A program made the position numbers and the translations under genes. From Haloferax volcanii DS2 (GTDB taxonomy: Archaea > Halobacteriota > Halobacteria > Halobacteriales > Haloferacaceae), in assembly GCF_000025685.1 (NCBI RefSeq), contig NC_013967.1, positions 1,680,001 through 1,712,000 of the forward strand: a DNA stretch of 32,000 nt. Direction: 5' to 3'. The notes under the pieces were generated by a model. It had not been told where the DNA came from and searched no databases. It saw nothing but the letters and a program-made list of their open reading frames with translations. Positions 8,224-16,835 of this stretch are shown in pieces (within the stretch, counting starts at the first letter, position 1; each line of letters begins with the position of its first letter).

Positions 8224-9318
8224 TTAAAACCCGTCTTCCCACCGGAACGTACCGTTCCGCTGGACGACCTCGCCGTCGACCTCGATGCGCGAGTCCTCGC
8301 TCATGTCGGTTATCATGTCCGTGTGGACCGCGGACTGGTTGCCGTCTTCGCCCTCCGGGAGACACGCGCCGTAGGCTCGACCGACCGCGAGATGGACGGT
8401 GTCGCCCATCTTCTCGTCGAAGAGGATGCTGTCGGTGAAGCGGTCGATGCCGCGGTTCATGCCGATGCCGAGTTCCCCGAGTCGGCGCGCGCCCTCGTCG
8501 GTGTCGAGGATGCCGGCCAGCGCGTCCTCGCCCGCGCCCGCGGAGAAGTCCACGACCTCGCCGCCCTCGAACGTCAGGTGGACGTTCTCGACGCGCTGAC
8601 CCTCAAGCGTCATCGGCACGTCGAAGAACACCTCGCCCTCGACGGCGTCTTCGACGGGTGCGGTGAACACTTCGCCCGACGGGAGGTTGTGGGAGTCGTA
8701 GGCGACCGACGCCGCGGAGTTGACGGCGGTCCGCCCCTCGATGGACATCGTGAGGTCGGTGTCGGCCTTGACGATGCGGACCTCCGACCCGGCGTCGAGC
8801 ACGTCTTTCATGTTCGCCATCTCCTCGGCGAGTTCCGACCAGTCGCGGAGAATCGCGTCGTAAACGAAGTCGGCGTACGCCTCGAACGACATGCCCGCCT
8901 GCTGGGCCGCCGCGCGGGTCGGATGGACCGTCGAGACCCAGTCGGTGTCCATGCGCGCCTCTTTGACCTCGCTCGTGGCGCGGCCGTAGGCCTGCTGCGT
9001 CTCGGTCGGTACGTCGGCGGTCGCCGCCGTGTTGCGGGTGCCGCCGAGAAAGAGCACCGAGTCGGCGGCCTCGTAGAGGGCGAGTTCGTGTTCGGGAAGT
9101 TCGAAGTCGCCGTCGTGCGCGCGGAGGTACGCCCGCTGGACCTCCTCGGAGGCGTACGTCGTGACGACGTTCGCGCCGCGCTCGCCGAGGGCGTCGGCGA
9201 CGGCGACCGCGAGGTCGTGGGCCTCCTCGCCGACGGAGACGACCACGTCGTCGCCGGTCTCGATTCGCGCGCTCCAGTCGACGAGCACCGCGGCGTGCTC
9301 GTGGATGCGTTCGTCCAT
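8224..9318 (-). CDS. aminopeptidase, M29 (AmpS/PepS-like) family
   Basis: ATG at 9318 (MDERIHEHAAVLVDWS...). The sequence SGEVFTAP...LGELGIGMN...DEKMGDTVHLAVGRAY...HTDMI is the thermophilic-metalloprotease (M29) pattern. The track ORF start at 9492 is an upstream extension. Confidence 0.85.
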   Translation of the reverse strand: MDERIHEHAAVLVDWSARIETGDDVVVSVGEEAHDLAVAVADALGERGANVVTTYASEEVQRAYLRAHDGDFELPEHELALYEAADSVLFLGGTRNTAATADVPTETQQAYGRATSEVKEARMDTDWVSTVHPTRAAAQQAGMSFEAYADFVYDAILRDWSELAEEMANMKDVLDAGSEVRIVKADTDLTMSIEGRTAVNSAASVAYDSHNLPSGEVFTAPVEDAVEGEVFFDVPMTLEGQRVENVHLTFEGGEVVDFSAGAGEDALAGILDTDEGARRLGELGIGMNRGIDRFTDSILFDEKMGDTVHLAVGRAYGACLPEGEDGNQSAVHTDMITDMSEDSRIEVDGEVVQRNGTFRWEDGF

Positions 9319-9486
9319 ACGCGACCCTCGCGCGCGGCGGTAAAAACGTCGGCGGCTGCGGGCGCGAGGTCGCCCGCCTTCGGTCACAGTCACCCGAAGG
9401 CGGGCAGGCGACGCGAGTCGACGCGACGACGACCGCGCACGCGCCAAACCACAACCACTACCACCCCCCGCGGACGATGCCGACGC

Positions 9487-10386
9487 ATGCAACTAGGCGT
9501 CATCGGCCTCGGCCGGATGGGGCGCATCGTAGTCGACCGAGTGCTCGATGCCGGGCACGAGGTCGTGGCCTTCGACCTCTCGGCGGAAGCCGTCGCGGCG
9601 GCCGCCGACGCGGGTGCCGAACCCGCGGACAGCGTCGCCGACCTCGTCGACCGGCTCGGCGACGACAAGCGAATCTGGCTCATGGTCCCCGCGGGCGACG
9701 CGGTGGACGCGACCCTCGACGACCTCGACCCGCACCTCGACGGGGACGACGTGGTCGTCGACGGCGGCAACTCCCACTTCGAGGAGTCCGTGCGGCGCGC
9801 CGAGGCGTGCTCGGCGGCCTACCTCGACTGCGGGACCTCCGGCGGCCCCGCCGGTGCCGAACTCGGCTTTTCGCTCATGGTCGGCGGCCCGCAGTGGGCC
9901 TACGACGAGCTGACCCCCGTCTTCGACGCCGTGGCGACCGGCCCCGACGGCCACGGCCACATGGGCGACTCCGGCTCCGGCCACTACGTGAAGATGGTCC
10001 ACAACGGCGTCGAGTACGCGCTGATGCAGGCGTACGGCGAGGGCTTCGAACTGCTCGCCGAGGGTCGCTACGACCTCGACCTCGAATCGGTCGCCAAGAC
10101 GTGGAACAACGGCGCGGTCATCCGCTCGTGGCTCCTCGAACTCTGCGAGGAGGCGTTCCGCGAGGAGGGCAGCGACCTCGGTGACGTGGACGACCACGTC
10201 GCGGGCGGCTCGACCGGCACGTGGACGGTCCAAGAGGCGCTCGAACAGGAGGTCCCGGTCCCGCTCATCTACCAGTCGCTCGCCGAGCGGTTCGGCTCCC
10301 GCGCCGACGACCGCTTCTCCCGCCGCCTCGCCAACCGGCTCCGGTACGGCTTCGGCCGGCACGAGGTCGCGCGGAAAGACGACTGA
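9487..10386 (+). CDS. gnd: 6-phosphogluconate dehydrogenase (decarboxylating), short Gnd-like form
   Basis: ATG at 9487 (MQLGVIGLGRMG, a Rossmann motif). GHYVKMVHNGVEYALMQAYGEG is the 6PGDH signature. The 734-aa track ORF 8182..10386 is this gene fused in frame to the antisense of the aminopeptidase. Confidence 0.9.
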   Translation: MQLGVIGLGRMGRIVVDRVLDAGHEVVAFDLSAEAVAAAADAGAEPADSVADLVDRLGDDKRIWLMVPAGDAVDATLDDLDPHLDGDDVVVDGGNSHFEESVRRAEACSAAYLDCGTSGGPAGAELGFSLMVGGPQWAYDELTPVFDAVATGPDGHGHMGDSGSGHYVKMVHNGVEYALMQAYGEGFELLAEGRYDLDLESVAKTWNNGAVIRSWLLELCEEAFREEGSDLGDVDDHVAGGSTGTWTVQEALEQEVPVPLIYQSLAERFGSRADDRFSRRLANRLRYGFGRHEVARKDD

Positions 10387-10566
10387 CGCGGCCGCGAACT
10401 ACCGGCCGTGCCCGGCGACGCTCTCGGCGCGCCCGAGACGGACGCCGTTCTCGCCCCCGATATTGTGGGAACCCCGGTGAAACCCTCGTCTCGGCGGCGA
10501 AATCGACCGCCCGCGGGTGCCGCCACAATCACAATTTCCTTAACCCCTCCCTCCATATCCGCCGGT

Positions 10567-11148
10567 ATGGCAGTCATCAGTATGGTGGGTGTCGGGGCCG
10601 GATTGGTCCTGGTACTCCTCGCCGTCGCCCTGCACTACTCGAAGGGCACCGGCTGGGAGCCGACCGCCGACATCACACAGGAGGTCCTCGAACGCCGCGC
10701 GGCGACCGTCGCAGAGACCGACTTCCCCGAGCCGATGAACCGTTCTATCGGGGGGGGCGGCGGGGTCGCCGCGGTCGGAGCCGGCGAAGAGGGCGCCGAA
10801 CTCGAAGGTGAGGAGGCGGAAGAAGAACAGAGTCCCGCCGACATGCCCGAAGACGAAGTCGAGTACTTCGAAGTCGAGTTCGTCAAGCAGGGCGAGACCA
10901 TCGAGCTGGCGAGCAACGAGACGGTGCTCGACCAGGGCGAAGACGCCGGGATGGACCTCCCCTACGCGTGCCGACAGGGTTCCTGTGTCTCCTGTGCCGC
11001 GAAGATTACCGACGGCCCGGCCGAAGAGTACATCACGCACCACACCCAGGAGACGCTCTCCGACGAGGAGATGGACAACGGCTACACGCTCACCTGCGTC
11101 GCCTACCCGAAAGCCGACTTCGCCATCGAGACCGGCGAAGCGCCGTAA
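10567..11148 (+). CDS. plant-type [2Fe-2S] ferredoxin domain protein with an N-terminal transmembrane helix and acidic linker
   Basis: ATG at 10567. The N-terminus MAVISMVGVGAGLVLVLLAVALHY is hydrophobic. It is followed by a Gly/Glu-rich linker, then CRQGSCVSC...LTCVAYP (C-x4-C-x2-C...C cluster ligands). Confidence 0.85.
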   Translation: MAVISMVGVGAGLVLVLLAVALHYSKGTGWEPTADITQEVLERRAATVAETDFPEPMNRSIGGGGGVAAVGAGEEGAELEGEEAEEEQSPADMPEDEVEYFEVEFVKQGETIELASNETVLDQGEDAGMDLPYACRQGSCVSCAAKITDGPAEEYITHHTQETLSDEEMDNGYTLTCVAYPKADFAIETGEAP

Positions 11149-11337
11149 CGCGACGACCGCAGCCACCCACCTTTTCTCGCGACGCCACCCATCCCGGTGA
11201 ACCGCGGTCGCCGCTCGTGCGGCCGACCGCCCCGCCACGACTCGCCCAGTTGCACTCGTTCGGTGTGCCGGGACGTTCCAGCGTTCGAAGACGCCTATCG
11301 ACGCTTTCAAACGGTCTCCGCGTGTCTCACCTGTTCA

Positions 11338-12804
11338 GTGTCCCTCCCCGAAGGAGGTTCCCTCACCGAAGGCGACCTCAAACGGCCGATGTTCGAACTG
11401 GCGTGGCCGATTATCGTCACCGAACTCCTCCAGGTGGCGTACAACCTCGCGGACACCGTCTGGCTCGGCCGGCTCTCGACCGACGCCGTCGCCGCCATCA
11501 GCCTCGCGTTTCCGCTCATCTTCCTGCTCATCTCCGTCGGTGGCGGCTTCACCGTCGCCGGGAGCACGCTCGTCGCGCAGTACACCGGCGCGAAAAGCGA
11601 GGGCTCCGCCGGGACCGTCGCCGGGCAGACGCTCACGTTCATCACCGTCATCGCCGTCGTCGTCGGCGTCATCGGCTTTTTCGCCACCGACGCGATGCTC
11701 GGCGTCCTCCCGAGCTCGGAGGCGACCGCCGGGCAGGTCATCCCCCTCGCCGGCGACTACATGCGGGTGTTCTTCCTCGGCCTGCCGTTCCTCTTCGGCT
11801 TCTTCGTCTTCTCCGCGCTCATGCGCGGCTACGGCAACACCCGCGCCCCGATGGTCGTGATGTTCATCAGCGTCGTCATCAACATCGTCATCGACCCGGT
11901 GTTCATCTTCGGCTTCGACGCCAACCCGCTGTTTTCGATGCTCGGAGTAGAGGGCTTTCAGGCGAGCCTCTTCGCCGCCACGGGTTTCGACGGCTTCAAA
12001 GTCGCCGGCGCGGCGTACGCGACGGTCCTCTCGCGCGCCGTCGCCACCGTCATCGGCATCTACGTCATCTTCGGGACGAGCGCCGGCCCCGACGTGCAAC
12101 TCGCCGACTTCCGCCCGCAGTTCGAGTACATCAAGCAAATCGTCGATATCGGCGTCCCGAGCGCCATCGAGCAGTCCGCCACCGCCCTCGGCTTCATCAC
12201 ACTCACCGCGATGGTCGTCACGTTCAACCCCGAAGTCGTCGCCGCGTTCGGCCTCGGCAACCGCCTCACGTCGCTCGTGTTCCTCCCGGCGCTCGGCCTC
12301 GGGCGAGCGACCAACACCATCGTCGGCCAGAATCTCGGCGCACAAAAACCGGAGCGCGCCGAGAGCGCCGTCCGGCTCGCCGCCAAGGTCGGCGCGAGCG
12401 TCATGCTCGTCACCGGCGTCCTCGCCTACATCTTCGCCGAACCCATCGTCGCGTTCTTCCTCCAGACCGGGACGGCCTCGGCCGCCCAAACCATCGACCT
12501 CGGCGTCGAGTACATCCGCATCCGCGCGGTCGAGTTCGGCTTTATTGGCGTCCTCCAGGTCATCCTCGGCGCGTACCGCGGCGCGGGGAACACGAAAACC
12601 GCCCTCGGCTTCTCGCTTTTCGCGCTCTGGTTGGGCCGCGTCCCCATCGTCTACCTGCTTTCGTTCCAGTTCGGCTTCGCCGAGACCGGTATCTGGCTCG
12701 GAATGGCCGTCGGACAGATTCTCGGCGCGATTGCGGCCACGGCGTGGTTCACCCGCGGGACGTGGAAACACAGCGTCGTCGACGCCGACGCGGTCGGAAC
12801 GTAA
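11338..12804 (+). CDS. MATE family efflux transporter
   Basis: WPIIVTELLQVAYNLADTVWLGRLSTDAVAAISLAFP plus about 12 hydrophobic segments. The start is uncertain: in-frame GTG at 11338 (VSLPEGGSLTEGDLKRP...) or ATG at 11389. The track start 11197 gives an implausible Arg/Cys-rich leader. Confidence 0.85.
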   Translation: MSLPEGGSLTEGDLKRPMFELAWPIIVTELLQVAYNLADTVWLGRLSTDAVAAISLAFPLIFLLISVGGGFTVAGSTLVAQYTGAKSEGSAGTVAGQTLTFITVIAVVVGVIGFFATDAMLGVLPSSEATAGQVIPLAGDYMRVFFLGLPFLFGFFVFSALMRGYGNTRAPMVVMFISVVINIVIDPVFIFGFDANPLFSMLGVEGFQASLFAATGFDGFKVAGAAYATVLSRAVATVIGIYVIFGTSAGPDVQLADFRPQFEYIKQIVDIGVPSAIEQSATALGFITLTAMVVTFNPEVVAAFGLGNRLTSLVFLPALGLGRATNTIVGQNLGAQKPERAESAVRLAAKVGASVMLVTGVLAYIFAEPIVAFFLQTGTASAAQTIDLGVEYIRIRAVEFGFIGVLQVILGAYRGAGNTKTALGFSLFALWLGRVPIVYLLSFQFGFAETGIWLGMAVGQILGAIAATAWFTRGTWKHSVVDADAVGT

Positions 12805-12866
12805 TCGGCCGCCGGCGCGGGTTCCACAACGGTTTTACGTCGGTGACGTGTAGCTCCCTCCGCTGA

Positions 12867-12939
12867 GGGCCCGTAGCTCAGTGGACAGAGTGCTTGGTTC
12901 CGGACCAAGATGCCGCGGGTTCAAATCCCGTCGGGTCCG
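12867..12939 (+). tRNA. tRNA-Arg (anticodon CCG)
   Basis: Hand-folded cloverleaf: acceptor gggcccg/cgggtcc, D stem gctc/gagt, anticodon stem cttgg/ccaag with loop ttCCGga, T arm gcggg-ttcaaat-cccgt, discriminator g. Length 73 nt, no encoded CCA. Confidence 0.95.
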
Positions 12940-12940
12940 T
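12910..12940 (+). repeat. attL: 3' part of tRNA-Arg that is repeated at 20811-20841
   Basis: atgCcgcgggttcaaatcccgtcgggtccgt versus atgTcgcgggttcaaatcccgtcgggtccgt. That is 30/31 identical, with 27 exact (12914-12940 = 20815-20841), in direct orientation. Confidence 0.8.
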
Positions 12941-12970
12941 TCTACCCTTAGACGCTCCGCATTGACCGTA

Positions 12971-13013
12971 CAGAGGCGTCCTTGGTCCGGAACCAACCAC
13001 TCCGTCAACTGAG
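12971..13013 (-). repeat. inverted, degenerate partial copy of tRNA-Arg (D arm plus anticodon arm)
   Basis: gaggcgtccttggtccggaaccaaccactccgtcaactgag aligns to the reverse complement of tRNA positions 12877-12916 with about 35/41 matches, including a 16-nt exact run (cttggtccggaaccaa, 12981-12996). Confidence 0.5.
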
Positions 13014-13565
13014 ATTTGAACACTCTGCGTGACGCGCCTTACCGCCGTCGTGGCTTCCGCTAGATTCGAACACGGTACTCTACAAGTAGATTTCTCAAGA
13101 TAAACAGAACCAAAGTCAGAGATGGATCACTACATCTGAATCACCGGATTATCTCTGCGTCACGGCCACTCCATAAGGCGGGCTTCCGTCCGAGGGTGTT
13201 TGCCCCCACTCCGCTACCACTCCGTGGGTCCCACCTCTCCCTCTGGGTCCGGGTCCCGCCGCCCGCTCCCGCCATCTCGGGAGAGCAAGGAGTGTCTGAA
13301 TGAATATGTGACTAGCAAAACCGCGAGTACAATCAGAACGTAGTCCCACCGAATGTGATGCTCAAAGCTGTGGGTCCGAACAACTCGTTCAGTCACGTTC
13401 TCTTGGAGTGGGTTCATACAACGCCCACCTCACTTCTCGGCATCGTCTGAACGTAGACCGAGATCAGAAGGATAGCTATCGAGATAACCCCGAGTCTGAA
13501 CCCCGGTGACGTGAGTCCAGAATTAGGTGACGCCAGCTTACTTGGTGCTTTCTCAAAGGGCATGG

Positions 13566-13763
13566 CTATACCACCACCTCAAGCAAACCCTCACAATGTG
13601 GACACCGAAGGTTCCCAGACCGCCCATCTCGGTAGTGTTCGAGAATTCGTCTAATGAGTTCAGAATTAGATACCCCAAGTCGTTCTGACTCACGATTTAG
13701 GAACTCACACATAGCATCATCCGTCTTCGTTCCGACCGATATGGAGCCAAAGCATTGAGACAT
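13566..13763 (-). CDS. small ribbon-helix-helix (CopG-like) regulator with a C-terminal CxxC
   Basis: 65 aa with a clean ATG. SISVGTKTDDAMCEFLNRESERLGVSNSELIRRILEHY fits the RHH beta-strand/helix/helix pattern. Ends in CPHCEG. Confidence 0.6.
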   Translation of the reverse strand: MSQCFGSISVGTKTDDAMCEFLNRESERLGVSNSELIRRILEHYRDGRSGNLRCPHCEGLLEVVV

Positions 13764-13781
13764 AGTAAATAAACAATTGTG

Positions 13782-13808
13782 CTTGTACTATATACAAGTT
13801 TGCTTGTA
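13782..13808. promoter_or_regulatory. candidate promoter/operator of the RHH gene
   Basis: Palindrome cttgta-ctata-tacaag (13782-13798), with its tatata core about 27 bp upstream of the ATG at 13763. The half-site gcttgta is repeated at 13781 and 13802 (21-bp spacing). Confidence 0.3.
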
Positions 13809-14288
13809 TACGGTGCGTACTCGACCGTACACAAAGTTTGAGTAACCGTGACTTTAAGTACCTCAAATCACGAGGTCCGGTATCGCGGTTCGCTCCGCGC
13901 CGGACACCTCTGTCGGAACCCACACGGAGATACCCTACGTTCATTTGACCGAGCGACCGACCGACCCGGAATAACCGAAAACCTCACCCACCAGGGTAGG
14001 AAGACGGACCACGGGGAGGGAGGGAGTGAAGGGACTACATGAACATGGGACAACCCGGATGGAAACGACAAGGAACACGGACATACCCAACCCACCGATA
14101 CGCGGTAACGGAGGGAGAGGGAGAGGGGATATTTTCTATACCATACAAATATTACTGTGGTGCATTATAACGCCTCTGTCTGTCGGTTTTCTATCTCGCG
14201 CATGACGAGCAAAACACACCAAAATTCAAGAAAGCGTTATATACAAGTCCCGTAGCGAGAGAATCTATATACTCATACGGATCTGGTT

Positions 14289-14480
14289 TCAGATACCGTA
14301 TAACTCTCCACGTTCCAAGGCACGACTGATTGTACGGCGAGAACAGCACAGTTCCTGAGCCGCTGTACGCTTACTCAGTTCCTCTTTCCGTACGCTATCG
14401 AGAACAGCAACCACACGGTCGTATTGTGCGCTCTCTATGAGTCTTCCATCGTCTTTCTCGAATCCGATTGGAGCAGGTCC
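14289..14480 (-). pseudogene. serine recombinase (resolvase/invertase), C-terminal HTH fragment separated from its N-terminal part by an IS
   Basis: Encodes ...GPAPIGFEKDDGRLIESAQYDRVVAVLDSVRKEELSKRTAAQELCCSRRTISRALERGELYGI (resolvase-type HTH). It joins in frame with 15936..16397 once the IS and one target duplication are removed. Confidence 0.8.
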
Positions 14481-15925
14481 CATCCGTTCTAGTTTAACGA
14501 AGAATCCAGTTGCTGTCTGTTGATTTGATATCGTCGCAACTACCTGATTGAGAAACCCGGTGGGAAGTATGACCTACAGCCCACCGGATTCGGTCATAGT
14601 TGACCGGATTCAAAGAGCGTTTCCCTCTGATGAGTTGCGCGAGCGCGCTCGCGCAACGAATCTCGTCCAACGAGAGCGGAAATTCGACATCGTTGCGCTG
14701 TTCTACACACTCTCGTTTGGCTTCGCTGCTGGCTCAGACCGCTCTCTCCAAGCATTTCTCGAACGCTACGTCGAGATGGCTGACTGTGACGAACTCTCCT
14801 ACGCATCGTTCCACGACTGGTTCGAACCAGGATTCGTTGCACTCCTTCGAGAGATTCTCGATGACGCAATCGAGAATCTCGATACCGGACGAGAAGATTT
14901 GAACGGCCGTCTCGAACGCTTTCGAGACGTCCTCATTGCTGACGCAACCATCGTTTCGCTGTACCAGGACGCCGCTGATATCTACACAGCAACCGGCGAC
15001 CATCAAGCCGAACTGAAACTTCACCTCACCGAATCTCTCTCGACTGGGCTCCCGACACGATTCCGGACAACCGATGGGACGACTCATGAACGGAGTCAGC
15101 TACCCACCGGTGAGTGGGTAGCTGACGCCCTCATCTTGCTCGATTTAGGCTTCTACGACTTCTGGTTGTTCGACCGAATCGACCAGAACGGCGGGTGGTT
15201 CGTCTCCCGGGTGAAGGACAACGCGAACTTCGAGATCGTCGAAGAACTGCGAACGTGGCGAGGCAACAGCATTCCGCTGGAAGGAGAGTCGCTGCAGGCC
15301 GTCCTTGAGGACCTGCAGCGACAGGAAATCGACGTCCGCATCACGCTTTCATTCGAGCGCAAACGAGGGTCGGGCGCCAGCGCGACCCGGACGTTCCGAC
15401 TGGTCGGCCTGCGCAACGAGGAGACCGACGAGTACCATCTGTATCTGACGAATCTGGCGAGAGAGGACTACAGCGCGCCCGATATCGCGCAGCTCTATCG
15501 GGCGCGCTGGGAGGTCGAACTGCTGTTCAAGGAGCTGAAGTCGCGGTTCGGCTTGGACGAGATCAAGACGACCGACGGCTACATCATCGAGGCGCTGATC
15601 ATCATGGCCGCAATTTCGTTGATGATGAGTCGTGTAATCGTGGATGAGTTACGGTCGCTCGAGGCAAGACAGCGAGAGGGCGAAGCCGCCGCAGACGCCG
15701 ACTCGTCGGCGTCGCGGCTCCCTCGGCGTCGCTGTTCGCTCGCCGTGGAACGCCACGGTCATCTAATCCAGTTGTATCTCATGATCGAGTTGGGCTACGA
15801 ACTGCCGGATTTGGACGAGCTGTTGCTGTGGGCGTCACGAAATCCAAATCCACACAGAGATCGGTTACGTGAGCAGGTTGAACGAGGTGAGTTCGGCTTT
15901 GATCGCTACTAAACTAGAACGCATG
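14481..15925 (+). mobile_element. IS4-family insertion sequence (ISH8-like), about 1445 bp
   Basis: Terminal inverted repeats are catCcgttctagttta (14481-14496) and the reverse complement of taaactagaacGcatg (15910-15925), 15/16 matching. It is flanked by a direct duplication gagcaggtcc (14471-14480 and 15926-15935), or 11 bp if the preceding g is counted. Confidence 0.85.
14569..15912 (+). CDS. IS4 family (ISH8-group-like) DDE transposase
   Basis: 447-aa ORF from ATG 14569 (MTYSPPDSVIVDRIQRAFPSDELRERARATNLVQRERKFD...) with LYRARWEVELLFKELKSRFGLDE, the Y-x2-R-x3-E-x6-K region typical of IS4 transposases. The stop lies inside the right IR. Confidence 0.9.
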   Translation: MTYSPPDSVIVDRIQRAFPSDELRERARATNLVQRERKFDIVALFYTLSFGFAAGSDRSLQAFLERYVEMADCDELSYASFHDWFEPGFVALLREILDDAIENLDTGREDLNGRLERFRDVLIADATIVSLYQDAADIYTATGDHQAELKLHLTESLSTGLPTRFRTTDGTTHERSQLPTGEWVADALILLDLGFYDFWLFDRIDQNGGWFVSRVKDNANFEIVEELRTWRGNSIPLEGESLQAVLEDLQRQEIDVRITLSFERKRGSGASATRTFRLVGLRNEETDEYHLYLTNLAREDYSAPDIAQLYRARWEVELLFKELKSRFGLDEIKTTDGYIIEALIIMAAISLMMSRVIVDELRSLEARQREGEAAADADSSASRLPRRRCSLAVERHGHLIQLYLMIELGYELPDLDELLLWASRNPNPHRDRLREQVERGEFGFDRY

Positions 15926-16397
15926 GAGCAGGTCCATGATGATACTCGGGATTCGCCTGACGGGCCGCTATGCCCTCTCGCGTGTTCATCCGTTTCACTC
16001 GCGCCTCCCACTCCGCGAACGCTCCGAGCATCTGCATCTGTAGTCTGTGCATGGGTTGTTCGTCGCCATCCCCGAATGAGAGACCATCCCTGACGAAATG
16101 TATCGTCGCTCCCGACTCCATGACGCGAGAGACGGTACGATCCAAATCTTGGAGTGACCGAGCGAGACGGCTAATCTCATGGACAACCACCGTATCCACC
16201 TCTCCCGCCTCTACGTCGCCCATGAGGCGCTTGTAACCCTCTCGGGAGGTGTTTGTACCTGTTGCCTTGTCTCGGTACACCTGAAGCTCTGAGAGGGCCA
16301 CATCGAGTTCACTCTGAGAGTAAGTAGTAGTGGACTCAATCTGCCGGTCAAGATTCTGCTCAGGAGTAGAAACACGGCAATAACAACCGACCTTCAT
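15926..16397 (-). pseudogene. serine recombinase (resolvase/invertase), N-terminal catalytic fragment truncated by IS insertion
   Basis: MKVGCYCRVSTPEQNLDRQ... contains the catalytic-Ser motif, followed by ...TVVVHEISRLARSLQDL...FAEWEARVKRMNTREGIAA. The reading frame runs into the IS after HHGPAP and terminates there (track ORF 15909..16406). Confidence 0.85.
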
Positions 16398-16543
16398 GCC
16401 CACCACTTAGCACTTAAAAAGGGTAGCCTTTACGCCCAGACTGTGCGAGAAGGACCGTAACTGCATCCGATCCAGACGGGAAGTCCATACCTGATTTCAA
16501 CCCATCTACAAGTTTTTAAGACCCTATTCCATTGTCAAACGGT

Positions 16544-16835
16544 ATGGGAAATAGCGATATGGATCTTGAAGCCGAGGAATTGAGGCTTATTGATCTACTG
16601 GGTGAACGAACCCGTATCTTCCGTGTTCCGATCTTCCAAAGGGAGTATAAGTGGAAACAGAAGCAACGTTCCGAATTATGGGATGATATTGAAACGATAG
16701 GTACTGAGGCAAAGCCTTCTCACTTTGTCGGACAGGTTATTCTTGTAGAAGATGAGAGGAAGTCCGACGAAGACGTAGACACATACAAGATTGTAGATGG
16801 CCAACAACGACTGACTACATTTTCTATACTAGTCT
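16544..16835 (+). pseudogene. GmrSD-like type IV restriction enzyme, N-terminal DUF262 fragment (interrupted by ISH3-family IS)
   Basis: FRVPIFQREYKWKQKQRSELWDDI...HFVGQVILVE...IVDGQQRLTTFSIL is the DUF262/ParB-like NTPase motif set. ATG at 16544; the track start 16532 is TTG. The ORF is cut at 16835/16836. Confidence 0.8.

Noticed and set aside
8182-10386. A 734-aa ORF, the longest in the track
   Set aside because: It is an artefact. Its first 435 codons are antisense to the M29 aminopeptidase (Arg/Gly/Val-rich, no motifs) and happen to be in frame with the genuine gnd gene that starts at ATG 9487.
12835-13023. A 62-aa minus-strand ORF
   Set aside because: It runs antisense through tRNA-Arg and the inverted tRNA fragment, so it is not credible as coding.
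13214-13417. A 67-aa minus-strand ORF with one hydrophobic helix (WDYVLIVLAVLLVTYSF) inside the island
   Set aside because: It has an ATG start and a plausible TM segment. However, the C-terminal half is Gly/Arg/Pro-rich, it overlaps another ORF and it has no motif. That is not enough to call it a gene.
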